Origin: Octopus sinensis | Taxonomy: Eukaryota | DNA: 33,480 nucleotides | Reading direction: 5' to 3' | Assembly: GCF_006345805.1 (NCBI RefSeq) | Contig: NW_021831944.1 | Coordinates: 1-33,480, forward strand | In this document: positions 1 through 10,596 of the stretch, one piece after another | Numbering within the stretch: the first letter of the stretch is position 1 | Layout: the number at the start of each line of letters is the position of its first letter | Made by a program: the position numbers and the translations under genes | The notes under the pieces: model-generated | Databases searched by the model: none | Seen by the model: the letters and a program-made list of their open reading frames with translations, nothing else | Told to the model about the DNA's origin: nothing

Positions 1-1349
1 ACCAACCCGCATGCAACTCAAAGTCTTCAAAGAACAAGGGATTTGTTAATCAACCTTGAAAACAGTTTTCGCCCAATTAAAGCTTTCTTCGATGTCGATC
101 TCTCCAATCGTATCAACAGCCAAATTGAAATCATTAGCAATTTGTATAACATCACTAAAGAACAATGGGCGCTAAAACAGGATCTGAATAAATACCAGAT
201 ATACGTCACCGAGAAAAATTTCATTCGTGGAAGGGAAGCCATGGAAGAAAGGACACTGAAATATTTGGGCTTCGATTTTATCAGTTTCGTTTTTCGAATG
301 GATGAACAGATTAGAAGTCTCGTCGACCCAGAAATTATTACAAAAAACCTTAAAGACATGATCTACTTTCTATGTAAATAGGGATTGTAAGGAACACCTT
401 CAGAAAATATGAAAGCTCTTGGAAACTACACTGAATTATACGATTCTTTAACGAATGGAATACCAATTTTCAGATATAAATATAAGAAAATTCCCCGGAG
501 TCATAACCTCCATATAGTACCGCGACTGCTTTTCAACAGGTCACTCACTTATTCTAACTATTCAAAAAAATATAGTCGCATGGTTCCATTACGTATCAAT
601 GAAATTATAGAATATCTCGGAGAATACATGGAATTAGCGAACGACACTTACCAAACGGGTATATTGAATATGAGTAGGTTAGACATTGTATCTCACCGTT
701 ATGGCAAGGCCTGCAAGAACTACAACTTCGCTAAAAGCGCATTCTACTATTACTGTCTCGATTGGGCTTTAGAAGAAGTGAAGAAGAAAGAAGTAGACTT
801 TCAAATGCTTTGGAATGATTACGAAAATGTCGCCAAAGATATAATGCTTAATCTAAATAACGTCAATTCCCTACTTTCTTCTCTTCAGGCGAACATAATC
901 GCAGATTTGGATGCTGGTATTAAGTTAGCAAACGATTACTTAAACGATACAATCTCCAAGCGACGATTAGCTTCCATGTTAAGTTCACAGAAAACTTACG
1001 AAGGTGTGAATAATTTACAAGCCTTCTTTAGCGAAGTTCGATCCCGAGGAACATTGCTCTATGACAACTGGAAAAAATTGTCGCAAGCTTCCGTTGCCAT
1101 TTGGAAGTCTATTTTCATGGATGAAGACTGCTTTGAATATTACAACTTTGCTAATATAACGCAGTTCCAGGAAAATCCGGACGATAAGATAAACGAAATA
1201 GAACGAACTCACGAGGACGTCCGGAATGTGTACGACTTTCGTCATCTCATTGGAAACAAGGATCGAATTTTATTTCACGATTTTAAAAAGATTCTTAACG
1301 ACATGAATAATTTTGAAGAATCTTTGAAAATAGACGACAAATTTATGAG
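1..1349 (+). CDS. DEG/ENaC (ASIC-like) channel, large internal exon (5' end outside window); frame interrupted by TAG 379-381 and TAA 388-390
   Basis: Frame 1 is open from base 1 to 378 and again from 391 to 1349. The exon ends AG|GTAAGG (donor 1350-1351, phase 2), and splicing to 3494 gives ...IDDKFMR-DNILELAVYYRELSYEEI, in frame with recognisable ASC-family sequence. Confidence 0.75.
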
Positions 1350-1391
1350 GTAAGGGTCAAAATCTTAATTTTGCAATACAATATAACACTC

Positions 1392-1778
1392 GGATCTTTT
1401 CGGTTTGAACGGCAGTTTTTTCTAGCGGTGTCATGTGAAATTGTCACCCATAATTATGACCCTAGTATCGATCTATTGCATTTCAATCTGTTTTAGGGTT
1501 AAGGTTAGTTAGGGTTGGGGTGGGGGGGGGGTATCATTTTTTCTTCACAAATGTAAATAAACCCAATCTGTTTCTTAAACGAGGGACATATTCATACAGC
1601 ACAGAATGTTTTTTTTACCTCAATAGACGTCAGTGATTGGTTGAAATTGCAGAAATTGAAGAAAAAAAACACAAATATCTTACAAACTATAGAATTTTCT
1701 CAATAAAGCCAAGAGAATGTTTAAAATTTTTTAGTTACCTAGAAATTGTTAAAAACTGCCGTTCAAACCGAAAATATC
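1392..1778. mobile_element. Non-autonomous DNA transposon (MITE, Mutator-like by TSD length)
   Basis: ~27-bp TIRs gatcttttcggtttgaacggcagtttt / aaaactgccgttcaaaccgaaaatatc. Flanked by a 9-bp near-direct repeat, ataacactc (1383-1391) / ataacgctc (1779-1787). Contains degenerate TTAGGG-like repeats at ~1493-1520. Confidence 0.7.
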
Positions 1779-1791
1779 ATAACGCTCTTAA

Positions 1792-2330
1792 GTGCAGGCT
1801 TGGCTGTGTGTTTAAGAAACTTGCTTTACAACCACGTGGTCTCATGTTCAGTCCCACTGTGCAGCACCTTAGGCATGGAGGCGCAATGGCCCAGTGGTTA
1901 GGGCAGCGGACTCGCGGTCGGAGGATCGCGGTTTCGATTCCCAGACCAGGCGTTGTGTGTGTTCATTGAGCGAAAACACCTAAAGCTCCACGAGGCTCAG
2001 GTAGGGGGTGGTGGCGAACCCTGTTGTACCCTTTTCCCCAACTTTCTCTCACTCCTTCTTCCTGTTTCTTGTCCCCAACTTCCTATGCAACCGCTGAGCC
2101 TGGATGTGCATTCATTCATCCATCCGTCGATGCTCTCGGTGTCGGGGGTTGACCTGCTTTCTCTTCTGCGGGTCTTACGAATAGCAAAGGACCACGTTTC
2201 GGACTTCTCCCATCTTGCGAGCCCTGGGACGAAGACCGTTCGCTCAACAGCAACAGCACCTTAGGCAAGTGTTTTTCTACTATAGAACCAGGCCTGTTGA
2301 TGTTTTGTGAGTGAATTTGGTAGACAAAAA
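1792..2330 (+). mobile_element. Older tRNA-derived SINE (family of 25003-25420) interrupted by a nested SINE
   Basis: The head tggctgtgtg..ttcagtcccactgtgcagcaccttaggca resumes after the insert as agtgtttttctactatag...gtgagtgaatttggtagac, colinear with the 25003 copy. Confidence 0.75.
1876..2253 (+). mobile_element. tRNA-derived SINE with 14-bp TSD, nested insertion
   Basis: A box TGGCCCAGTGG and B-box-like GTTTCGATTCC. TSD cagcaccttaggca at 1862-1875 and 2254-2267. The 3' end is CAA/CAG-rich. Confidence 0.88.
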
Positions 2331-2331
2331 A

Positions 2332-2334
<3 letters not shown>

Positions 2335-2420
<86 letters not shown>
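2335..2420. repeat. (GT)n microsatellite
   Basis: Direct reading. Confidence 0.95.
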
Positions 2421-2423
<3 letters not shown>

Positions 2424-2538
2424 CGTGTCTGTGTGTGTTAAAGGTTATCGTTTTAAAGCAAGTTTTAAGATATTTACTGGTGGGAGATTAAAGTCAACTA
2501 CAACTTAACAATATAAATTTATGTGTCTGTGTTTGTAA

Positions 2539-2873
2539 GGCTCAGTGGTTAGAGCACCGGGCTCACAATCATGAGCTTGTTAGTTCGATTCCCGGACCGG
2601 GCTGGGTATTGTGTTCTTGAGCAAGACACTCTGTCTCACGTTGCTCCAGTTCACTCAGCTGTAGAAATGAGTTGCGACGTCACTGGTGCCAAGCTATATC
2701 GACCCCACTTGCCTTTCTCTTGGATATCATCAGTGGCGTAGAAAGGGGGTCTGGTATGCATGGGCGATTGCTGATCTTCCATAAACAACCTTGCCTGGAC
2801 TTGTGTCACGGAGGAGAACTTTCTAGGGGCAATCCCATGGTCATTCCTGACCGAAGTGGGGCTCAGCAGCAGC
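2539..2873 (+). mobile_element. tRNA-derived SINE with CORE-like central motif
   Basis: A box ggctcagtggttagagc, B box gttcgattccc, CORE-like tcttgagcaagacact, and a (CAG)n tail. Confidence 0.75.
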
Positions 2874-3091
2874 AATATATATAGGGATGGTATTATTAAA
2901 ATATCATCACAAGTGGTAAGCCGTACAGGCAAATTAATAAAATATATACATACAATATTTATTCTGTACATACATATACAAGGGTACTACATGAGTACCT
3001 ATATCGCCAATGATAGAAGTCAATTTATATATATATATATTGGCGATTTTTTTCCTCTGTCTTCCCTTCTCTGGATCTTTCCTTCTCCTAT

Positions 3092-3127
3092 GTTTCCGAC
3101 GAAGAGCTCCGCTTGAAACGTAAAAAC
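3092..3127 (+). ncRNA. Minimal hammerhead ribozyme-like motif (U4C variant) in a TA-flanked element (~3041-3226)
   Basis: GUUU-CCGACGA-A-GAGC(UCC)GCUU-GAAA-C-GUA-AAAAC. Stem III is reduced to palindromic ACGU. The downstream ttcctgagcg..aatac is shared with the 24319 element. Confidence 0.55.
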
Positions 3128-3222
3128 CCTCCTTCATTCCTTCTTTCCTGAGCGTTCAATAATACTATATTTGTTCCACGTCCTCGCGTTGTTGTGTTTT
3201 TTGTGCTTTCTTGTTTGGATTA

Positions 3223-3283
<61 letters not shown>

Positions 3284-3493
3284 TATATATATAAGGTATC
3301 AAGTTAGAGGAGTTTAATACCCCTAAGGGATAATTAAATCCAGAGTCGCCACCCTTATCTCTGCTTCTTGCTTCTTTGTTACCTATTTTAAGACATCTTT
3401 CTAATTTTTTTATGCGTGTGTATATGCTGTGAATAAGTTGGTTTATGTGGATGTCCAGCAAATGATAGCTTATGTACATTTTTCATGTTGCAG

Positions 3494-3585
3494 GGATAAC
3501 ATTTTAGAATTAGCTGTTTATTACCGAGAATTAAGCTACGAAGAAATCAAGCACCAAATTGGCTACTATTTCTTTTCACTCCTCT
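3494..3585 (+). CDS. DEG/ENaC channel penultimate exon (beta-11/beta-12, pre-TM2)
   Basis: Acceptor ttgcag|G and donor T|GTAAGT. It encodes (R)DNILELAVYYRELSYEEIKHQIGYYFFSLL(C), which resembles ASIC [24 protein letters not shown]. Phases match both neighbouring exons. Confidence 0.9.
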
Positions 3586-3669
3586 GTAAGTTGTTCCTTT
3601 CTTTACTGAAAATTACAAACGACATCCCTCTGTCTTGAGGAAGGGGGTCATTTATGTTATTACATTCAA

Positions 3670-4050
3670 GGCGGCGAACTGGCAGAAACGTTAGCACACC
3701 GGGCGAAATGCTTAGCGGTATTTCGTCTGCCGTTATGTTCTGAGTTCAAATTCCGCCGAGGTCGACTTTGCCTTTCATCCTTTTGGGGTCGATTAAATAA
3801 GAACCAGTTACTCACTAGGGTCGATACAATCGACTTAATCCCTTTGTCCTCTCTGTGTTTAGCCCCTTGTGGGTAGTAAAGAAATAGGTATTTCGTCAGC
3901 CTTTATGTCCTGAGTCCAAATTCCACCAAGGTCGACTTTCCCTTTCATCTTTTCGGGGTTGATAAATTAAGTACCAGTTGTGTACTGAGGTTGATCTAAT
4001 CGACTACCCATCTCCCTAAAATTTCGAGCCTTGTGCCTAGAGTAGAAAAG
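3670..4050 (+). mobile_element. Two tandem tRNA-derived SINE copies with Nin-domain-like core
   Basis: ggcggcgaactggcagaaacgttagc...gagttcaaattccgccgaggtcgactttgcctttcatcc..gggtcgat; the core is repeated at ~3910-3975. Many related copies occur in the window. Confidence 0.8.
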
Positions 4051-4347
4051 AATACCATATATTACAGATCCTATAATTTAAATTTTAAAATTTTGAGGAA
4101 AAATTTCCTTTAAATGCATAGATTTTACAGTATTTCAGTTTGTATTTGAATATTTTTAACCCCTTCATTGTTATAAAAGTTTGAAAAATACTCCGCCTTT
4201 GTTCCAATTAATTTTCAAAATAATGAAGAATTTAGTAAATATATCTTTGCCCTTGTTAAATCGGTTCTTAGAACGTAAATTAAGAAGAAACTTTGATGGA
4301 AGGCTTTCATTCAGATCACTTTAATTCTTTGTTACAATATTTCTATT

Positions 4348-4733
4348 GGATGGAAGCACTCCGTCGGTTACGACGACGAGGGTTCCAGTTGATCCGAATC
4401 AACGGAACAGCCTGCTCGTGAAATTAACGTGTAAGTGGCTGAGCACTCCACAGACACGTGTACCCTCAACGTAGTTCTCGGGGATATTCAGCGTGACACA
4501 GAGAGTGACAAGGCCGGCCCCTTGAAATACAGGTACAACAGAAACAGGAAGAAAGAGTGAGAGAAAGTTGTGGTGAAAGAGTACAGCAGGGATCACCACC
4601 ATCCCCTGCCGGAGCCTCATGGAGCTTTAGGTGTTTTCGCTCAATAAACACCCACAACGCCCGGTCTGGGAATCGAAACCGCGATCCTACGACCGCGAGT
4701 CCGCTGCCCTAACCACTGGGCCATTGCGCCAAC
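4348..4733 (-). mobile_element. Full-length tRNA-derived SINE with 14-bp TSD
   Basis: The head is nearly identical to that of the 1876 copy (reverse complement). TSD acaatatttctatt at 4334-4347 and 4734-4747. Confidence 0.88.
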
Positions 4734-4749
4734 ACAATATTTCTATTAA

Positions 4750-5130
4750 CCCTTTCATTACCAGACTGGCTGAAATCGGCTCTGAGTACAAATGCCTTGT
4801 TTCCATAAGTTTTGAATTAAAATCTTCCACCAAACTTTAGTCACAATTTATGTTCCTAACACTAGCTGAATGATAACTAAGTTATTTTACTAAATTCTTT
4901 GTTATATTTAAAATTAATTGAAAGAAACACAGAGCATCTCAACAGAAATATGATAACAAATGTCTTGTTTTGATAAGTTTTGAATTAAAATCTCCCACCA
5001 AACCTTAGTCACAATATATGTTCCTAACACTAGCAGAATGATAACTAAGTTATTTCCTAAATTCTTTGTTATATTTAAAGTAATTGAAAGAAACACACAG
5101 CATCTCAAAATAAATATAATAACGAAAGGG
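4750..5130. mobile_element. piggyBac-like MITE with internal ~165-bp tandem duplication
   Basis: TTAA|ccctttcatta ... taacgaaaggg|TTAA. Internal direct repeats at ~4805-4960 and ~4974-5125. Confidence 0.75.
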
Positions 5131-5318
5131 TTAAAATATACTACTTTTGATTTGGTTAATTTTAAAAATAATGAAGAACTTAGTGGAATAATTTTGTCAC
5201 TATTAAGTTGGTATTTGGAACATAAATTAACATGGAATTTCACCAAATTAATCCTGGTAGCTATTAGATAAAATTTAATTATTTTCTAAAAATTAACCTC
5301 ATTTTTGTATAATTTCAG

Positions 5319-5440
5319 GTGACATTGGAGGATCTATGGGTCTTTTTCTTGGAGCTAGTGTTTTGACAATTTTCGAAATTGCTGAGTTTTTCTTTGGCCA
5401 GTCTTTGAGGGCTGCTTTCCAAGTCCATCGTTCAAGATAA
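5319..5440 (+). CDS. DEG/ENaC channel last coding exon (TM2, GAS selectivity filter, short C-tail)
   Basis: Acceptor tttcag|GT. It encodes (C)DIGGSMGLFLGASVLTIFEIAEFFFGQSLRAAFQVHRSR*, the DIGGxMGLFxGAS signature of DEG/ENaC/ASIC TM2. Stop TAA is at 5438-5440. Confidence 0.93.
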
Positions 5441-5447
5441 TTAAATG

Positions 5448-5484
<37 letters not shown>

Positions 5485-5613
5485 ATAATATATACATACA
5501 TACATACATATATGAATACATGCATACATGCATATATGTATATATATATACATGTGTATTTGCATGCATGTATACGTATGTATGTGAATATATATATATA
5601 TATATATATATAT

Positions 5614-6070
5614 TTAACAATTAAGGATAACTTCTTAATAAGGAATCTTAACAAGAAATTATCAGGTAGTTAGCGTGAAAAACCTCATAAGAGAAAAATT
5701 CGAAAATAATTTTTCACTTGAAAATATTAATTTATATTGTATAGAGGGTATTATTACACATAAATGCCTCACGCTAAGAGGGACATAAGTCATTACTACC
5801 AAAATTTAACTAATCATACCTAATGCAGTTTTCGAAGCAAGACATTTAAAAAACTGAATTTAGTTCTATATCACCTGTGATTTCACATTAACGCATCAAA
5901 TACGCATTTGATGCGTTAATTGTGAAATCACAGGTGATATAGAACTAAATTCAGTTTTTTAAATGTCTTGCTTCGAAAACTGCATTAGGTATGATTAGTT
6001 AAATTTTGGTAGTAATGACTTATGTCCCTCTTAGTGTGAGGCATTTATGTGTAATAATACCCTCTATACA

Positions 6071-6078
<8 letters not shown>
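5614..6078. mobile_element. TA-embedded asymmetric palindromic element (arms 5730-5901 / 5906-6078)
   Basis: ~172-bp near-perfect inverted arms with a 4-nt spacer. The left arm extends ~115 bp further, and (TA)n lies on both sides. Confidence 0.8.
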
Positions 6079-6119
<41 letters not shown>

Positions 6120-6149
6120 ATATATAAATATATACACATATATATACAC

Positions 6150-6196
<47 letters not shown>

Positions 6197-6687
6197 ATAT
6201 ATATAAATACAAGGATGTAAAGATATGTGTACTGATATACATTACATATCTGTGTGTATATGCGTGTATGTGTGTTTGTATACACACACACACACATACA
6301 CACACACACACACACATATATATACATACATATCTATGTATAAGATGAAGAGGAAAAATAAATGAATAAAAGCAGAGTGAAAAGGAAAAGGCAGAGGAGC
6401 AGGAGCAGGAGGAAGAGGAAGAGGAAGAGGAAGAGGAGTAAGAACTGGAATGAAGAATGAGGGAAGATAAAAATACGCCGTGCTATTTTTGATGAAGCAT
6501 GAGTGTATATAAAGTTGCTCCTGCATGGCCAGAAATTGGACGTAAAATGCCAAAAAAAATCAAACCAAAAACAAAAATCGACTTCAAACGAAGTTATCAA
6601 AGACTAAAACAATTTTGTGGTCAACATTTCTTGTTTATTGTTTTGAAATTTCTTGTGAAATGATTTTTTTTATACTGCTTCTGCTGT

Positions 6688-6689
6688 AG

Positions 6690-6734
<45 letters not shown>

Positions 6735-6790
6735 GTGTTGTTGTTGTTGTTGATGTTGTTGGTGTTGTATTTGTTACTGTTGTTTGTTGT
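6688..6790. repeat. (GTT)n microsatellite
   Basis: Direct reading. Confidence 0.9.
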
Positions 6791-6837
6791 TATGGCCCAG
6801 ATCATCTTTAATTGAGCAGGTCTATAATTAAAGGGTA

Positions 6838-7110
6838 AAGGCATGTGGTTTGGTGGTTTCAGAGTTGGACTCACAATTATGAAGCAGTGGGTTCGATTCT
6901 CACAACGGGCGTCACTTTATACCCTTGAGCAAGGTGCTTCATTTCACATTGCTTCAGCTGGAAATGAATACCAGTATCTGCAATGGTGGTTAACCCTGTG
7001 ATGGACTGGCGTCCTGTTCAGTAGGGAGGGCCATGAATCTTTTGCTCTCCATCTCTTAAATGCTACGAAACTGGGGTAAACTCTGGCCTAATGAACCTGT
7101 AGGTTTCAAA
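6838..7110 (+). mobile_element. Degenerate tRNA-derived CORE-like SINE
   Basis: gtggtttggtgg (A box), gggttcgattct (B box), ccttgagcaaggtgct. Confidence 0.55.
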
Positions 7111-7167
7111 CTTACTTTTAAATGATTAAATGCATTCCATACATGACCCTCTCACCTTGTTAAAGTA

Positions 7168-8144
7168 GGGGTGGGGCACAATGAGTAATATTTACTGCAT
7201 TTTAAACTTTGAGAAAAAGATATTTTTTACAAATATTCACTAGCTTTTACAAAACTAGATCAGCTAAACAAATGAGCTTCTCTGAATGCATTAAAAACTC
7301 TACAACATATTCAAAACACTATTTCAGAAAATTATTTCCATTTTCTTTGAGAATATAGAAGAAAAATTTAGCTGGGGTAAAATAAGGGTAAATTAGCTTC
7401 TTCAGTTCTCTAGAATTACATTTGGAAAAAGTCTTATACACATCAATATCCATCCTTGAAGATCAGAAAGATTAGAAATACAACAAAAATTTTAAATATC
7501 TAAATCAAGTGAAATAGGATCATTTTCATCTAGTTTCAGCTCACAAGGTGTGGCCATGCTGGGGCACCGCCATTAAAAAATGAGTCATCTTCAGTTGAAT
7601 TCGAACTCAGGTGGAAAAGGGGACAAAACTAACCAATAGAATAAGTACCAATAAAATAAGAATAGAAAAGGGGACAAACTTTCATGGATGTGAAATTAAT
7701 AAAACTCATCTAAATTTTGAAACTAAACATAAAATATTCCCTATAGCTTCTTCACAATCTGCTGGAGTGGTTCTCTTCCTGGCATGTTTATGCACCATAC
7801 AGTTAAAGAGAAGAAATTGTTGAAATAAGCTATGACTCATTTTGCTTTGCTGCAAACATTTTTTTTTCTTAATTTTCAAATTAGACATCAGTGTAGGAAG
7901 AGAACGACTTGAAATCCAATAGAGAAGAGAATTTTGATTGTTAAACACCAAAAATTATCCAGATATATTTATTAGCAACCTCAGTTACAATTGGGTCAGA
8001 TTTGAGGAAAAACAGTACCTATCAGCTGACTGCTTTGAACTCTCACAATAATGTTGACCAATTTTTACTTCGAAATAATTGCAATAATTTCAAACAAATA
8101 AAAGAAAAATTTTTTTAGATACTCATTTTGCCCCACTTTCCCCT
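7168..8144. mobile_element. Non-autonomous DNA transposon remnant with TIRs
   Basis: gtggggcacaatgagta (7171-7187) is inverted to tactcattttgccccac (8120-8136). A partial internal copy lies near 7832. No transposase ORF. Confidence 0.5.
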
Positions 8145-8667
8145 TGTTCTGTCACATTATCCACTGTATTTCCTTCCTTTCCAAACGACAGTGGAAGTGT
8201 ATAATTTCAGAGAGAGTTAACTGTTATTTCTAGGATGTCGAATGATCACGTGGAGGTTCCCTCTACGATGTTGTTGTTGTTGCTGTTGTTATTGTTGTTG
8301 TGTTTTTGTTCTTTTTGCTTTTTTAGTTTAAAACAAAATAAAAATTCTGAATAAAGAAACATAAAAAAAAAAACACGTTAAATAAATAATATAAACAAAT
8401 ATTTACAAAGATGTTCTTATCTCTAATCTTTTATTATTCGCTTATTTCAGTCATTGGATTGTGGCCATGCTGGGGTACTGCCTTGGAGTGCTTAGTTAAA
8501 CAAACGAAACTCAATTCTTATATATTTTAAAAGCTTGGTAGTTATTCTATTGGTTCATTTTACCGAACTGCTAAGTTACAAGAATGTAAACAAACCAACA
8601 CTGGTTGTCAAGCAGGTGGGGGTGGGGCAGCAATTGAAGCAAAGCCACACGTGTGCACACAAGCATA

Positions 8668-8874
8668 TACAAAGAGGTGCTGAAAAGGTCCTGGCTTTAG
8701 GTAAAAGAAATACAGGAGGATCAATTAATTCTGATTTTATTCAAGAGATTCCCTTCTCAGATTCACACACTTATTGCAGTGGTCCTTCAGTTTTTTGAAA
8801 CCCTTAAAATGAACTCAGAAAGTTGGACCTCCAACTGGGCCTTTCACAATATCCTTAAATCCAGGAACTTTTCA
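8668..8874. mobile_element. Mariner-like MITE
   Basis: TA then caaagaggtgctgaaaaggtcctggcttta, with inverted taaatccaggaacttttca at the right end (truncated). Confidence 0.55.
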
Positions 8875-8882
8875 TATATATA

Positions 8883-9562
8883 TCATCATCATCATCATCA
8901 TCATCATCATCGTTTAACGTCCGCTTTCCATGCTAGCATGGGTTGGACGGTTCAACTGGGGTCTGGGAAGCCCGAAGGCTGCACCAGGCCAGTCAGATCT
9001 GGCAGTGTTTCTACAGCTGGATGCCCTTCCTAACGCCAACCACTCCGTGAGTGTAGTGGGTGCTTTTTATGTGCCACCAACACAGGTGCCAGACAAGGCT
9101 GGCGAACGGCCACGCTCGGATGGTGTTTTTTACGTGCCACCAGCACGGAGGCCAGGCCAGGCTGGCATGGCCATGATCGGATGGTGTTTGTTACGTGCCA
9201 CCAGCATGGAGGCCAGTCGATGAGGTACTGGCTACGGCCACGTTCGGATGGTTTTCTTATGTACCACCGGCACTGGTACCACAAAACTACAAATTCCATT
9301 GATGTTCATCGATTTTGATTTGATTCTTTGATTTTTGATTTTTGATTTTCACTTGCCTCAACAGGTCTTCACAAGTAGAGTTATGTGTCCCAAGAAGGAA
9401 GGTATGCACAGGTGGACTGACTACGTCCCAGGTAGGGGCCATGGGTTATGCCCTCACTTGTCCTGCCGGGTCTTATCGCGCACAGCATACTTCCAAAGGT
9501 CTCGGTCTCTGGTCATTTCCTCAGTGAGACCTAAAGAGCGAAGGTCGTTCTTCACCACCTCA
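8883..9562 (-). mobile_element. RTE-type LINE-derived 3' element with (ATG)n tail
   Basis: (cat)n-cgtttaacgtccgctttccatgctagcatgggttggacgg...ggatgcccttcctaacgccaaccac, with internal gtgccacc subrepeats. Related copies at ~12913-13050, ~16200-16350, ~23438-23735, ~25765-26375, ~27780-27960 and ~30200-30440. Confidence 0.75.
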
Positions 9563-9565
9563 TCA

Positions 9566-9965
9566 GGCACAGGAGTAGCTGTGTGGTAAGTAGCTTGCTT
9601 ACCAACCACATGGTTCCAGGTTCAGTCCCACTGCGTGGCACTTGGGCAAGTGTCTTCAACTATAGCCTCTGGCTGACCAAAGCCTTGTGAGTGGATTTGT
9701 TAGACAGAAACTGAAAGAAGGCCGTCATATATATGTATGTGTGTGTATATGTTTGTGTGTCTGCGTTTGTCCCCGACAAACACACCAGCATATATAGGTG
9801 CAGGCATGGATGTGTGGTTAGGAAGTTTGCTTCCTGGCCACATGGTTTCAGGTTCAGTTCCACTGTGTGGCATCTTGAGCAGGTGTCTGTTGCTATAGCT
9901 TCAGTCCAACCAAGACCTTGTAATCGAATTTGGTAGGTTGAAGTTTCTGTCGTGTATACATGTGT
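9566..9965 (+). mobile_element. Two adjacent partial tRNA-derived SINEs (25003 family)
   Basis: ggcacaggagtagctgtgtggtaagtagcttgc...ggttcagtcccactgcgtggc, with a second head at ~9797. Confidence 0.75.
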
Positions 9966-10005
9966 GTGTAAATGCTTGTGACTCCTAACAGAAAGGAGGG
10001 AATGC

Positions 10006-10146
10006 ATATATATATACACACATATATATATATACACACACAATTATAATATATATAATATATACATATACATTACACATACATATATATATTATATATA
10101 ATATATATATATATATATATAATATATATATACATATATATAATAT

Positions 10147-10193
<47 letters not shown>

Positions 10194-10251
10194 CATATAT
10201 ATATACATATACACATATATATATACATATACACATATATATATACATATA

Positions 10252-10291
<40 letters not shown>

Positions 10292-10532
10292 TACATATAT
10301 ACATATATTTATATATATATACATATATACATTTATACATATATACATATACATATATATATACATATATACATATATATATACATATATACATATATAT
10401 ATACATATATATATACATATATACATACATAAATACATATATATATACATATATACATATATATACATATATATATACATATATATATACATATATACAT
10501 ATATATATATATGTATATATACAACAACACAC

Positions 10533-10593
<61 letters not shown>
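10006..10593. repeat. ~590-bp compound (TA)n/(TACA)n microsatellite
   Basis: Direct reading; it is the source of the spurious IYIY ORFs. Confidence 0.95.

Positions 10594-10596
<3 letters not shown>

Noticed and set aside
27-359. Minus-strand 110-aa ORF (and 1015-1245)
   Set aside because: Antisense shadow of the channel exon.
374-403. 30-nt GT..AG micro-intron that would remove both stops in the channel exon
   Set aside because: Splicing joins T(373) to AA(404-405) and creates a new TAA stop; it is also implausibly short.
1876-1955. Possible tRNA gene (also 4655-4733)
   Set aside because: The A and B boxes run into a SINE body with TSDs, so it is a SINE head and not a tRNA.
9060-9275. Regularly spaced gtgccacc repeats suggestive of a CRISPR-like array
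   Set aside because: These are degenerate internal subrepeats of a multi-copy eukaryotic retroelement; the spacers are related to each other and there are no cas genes.
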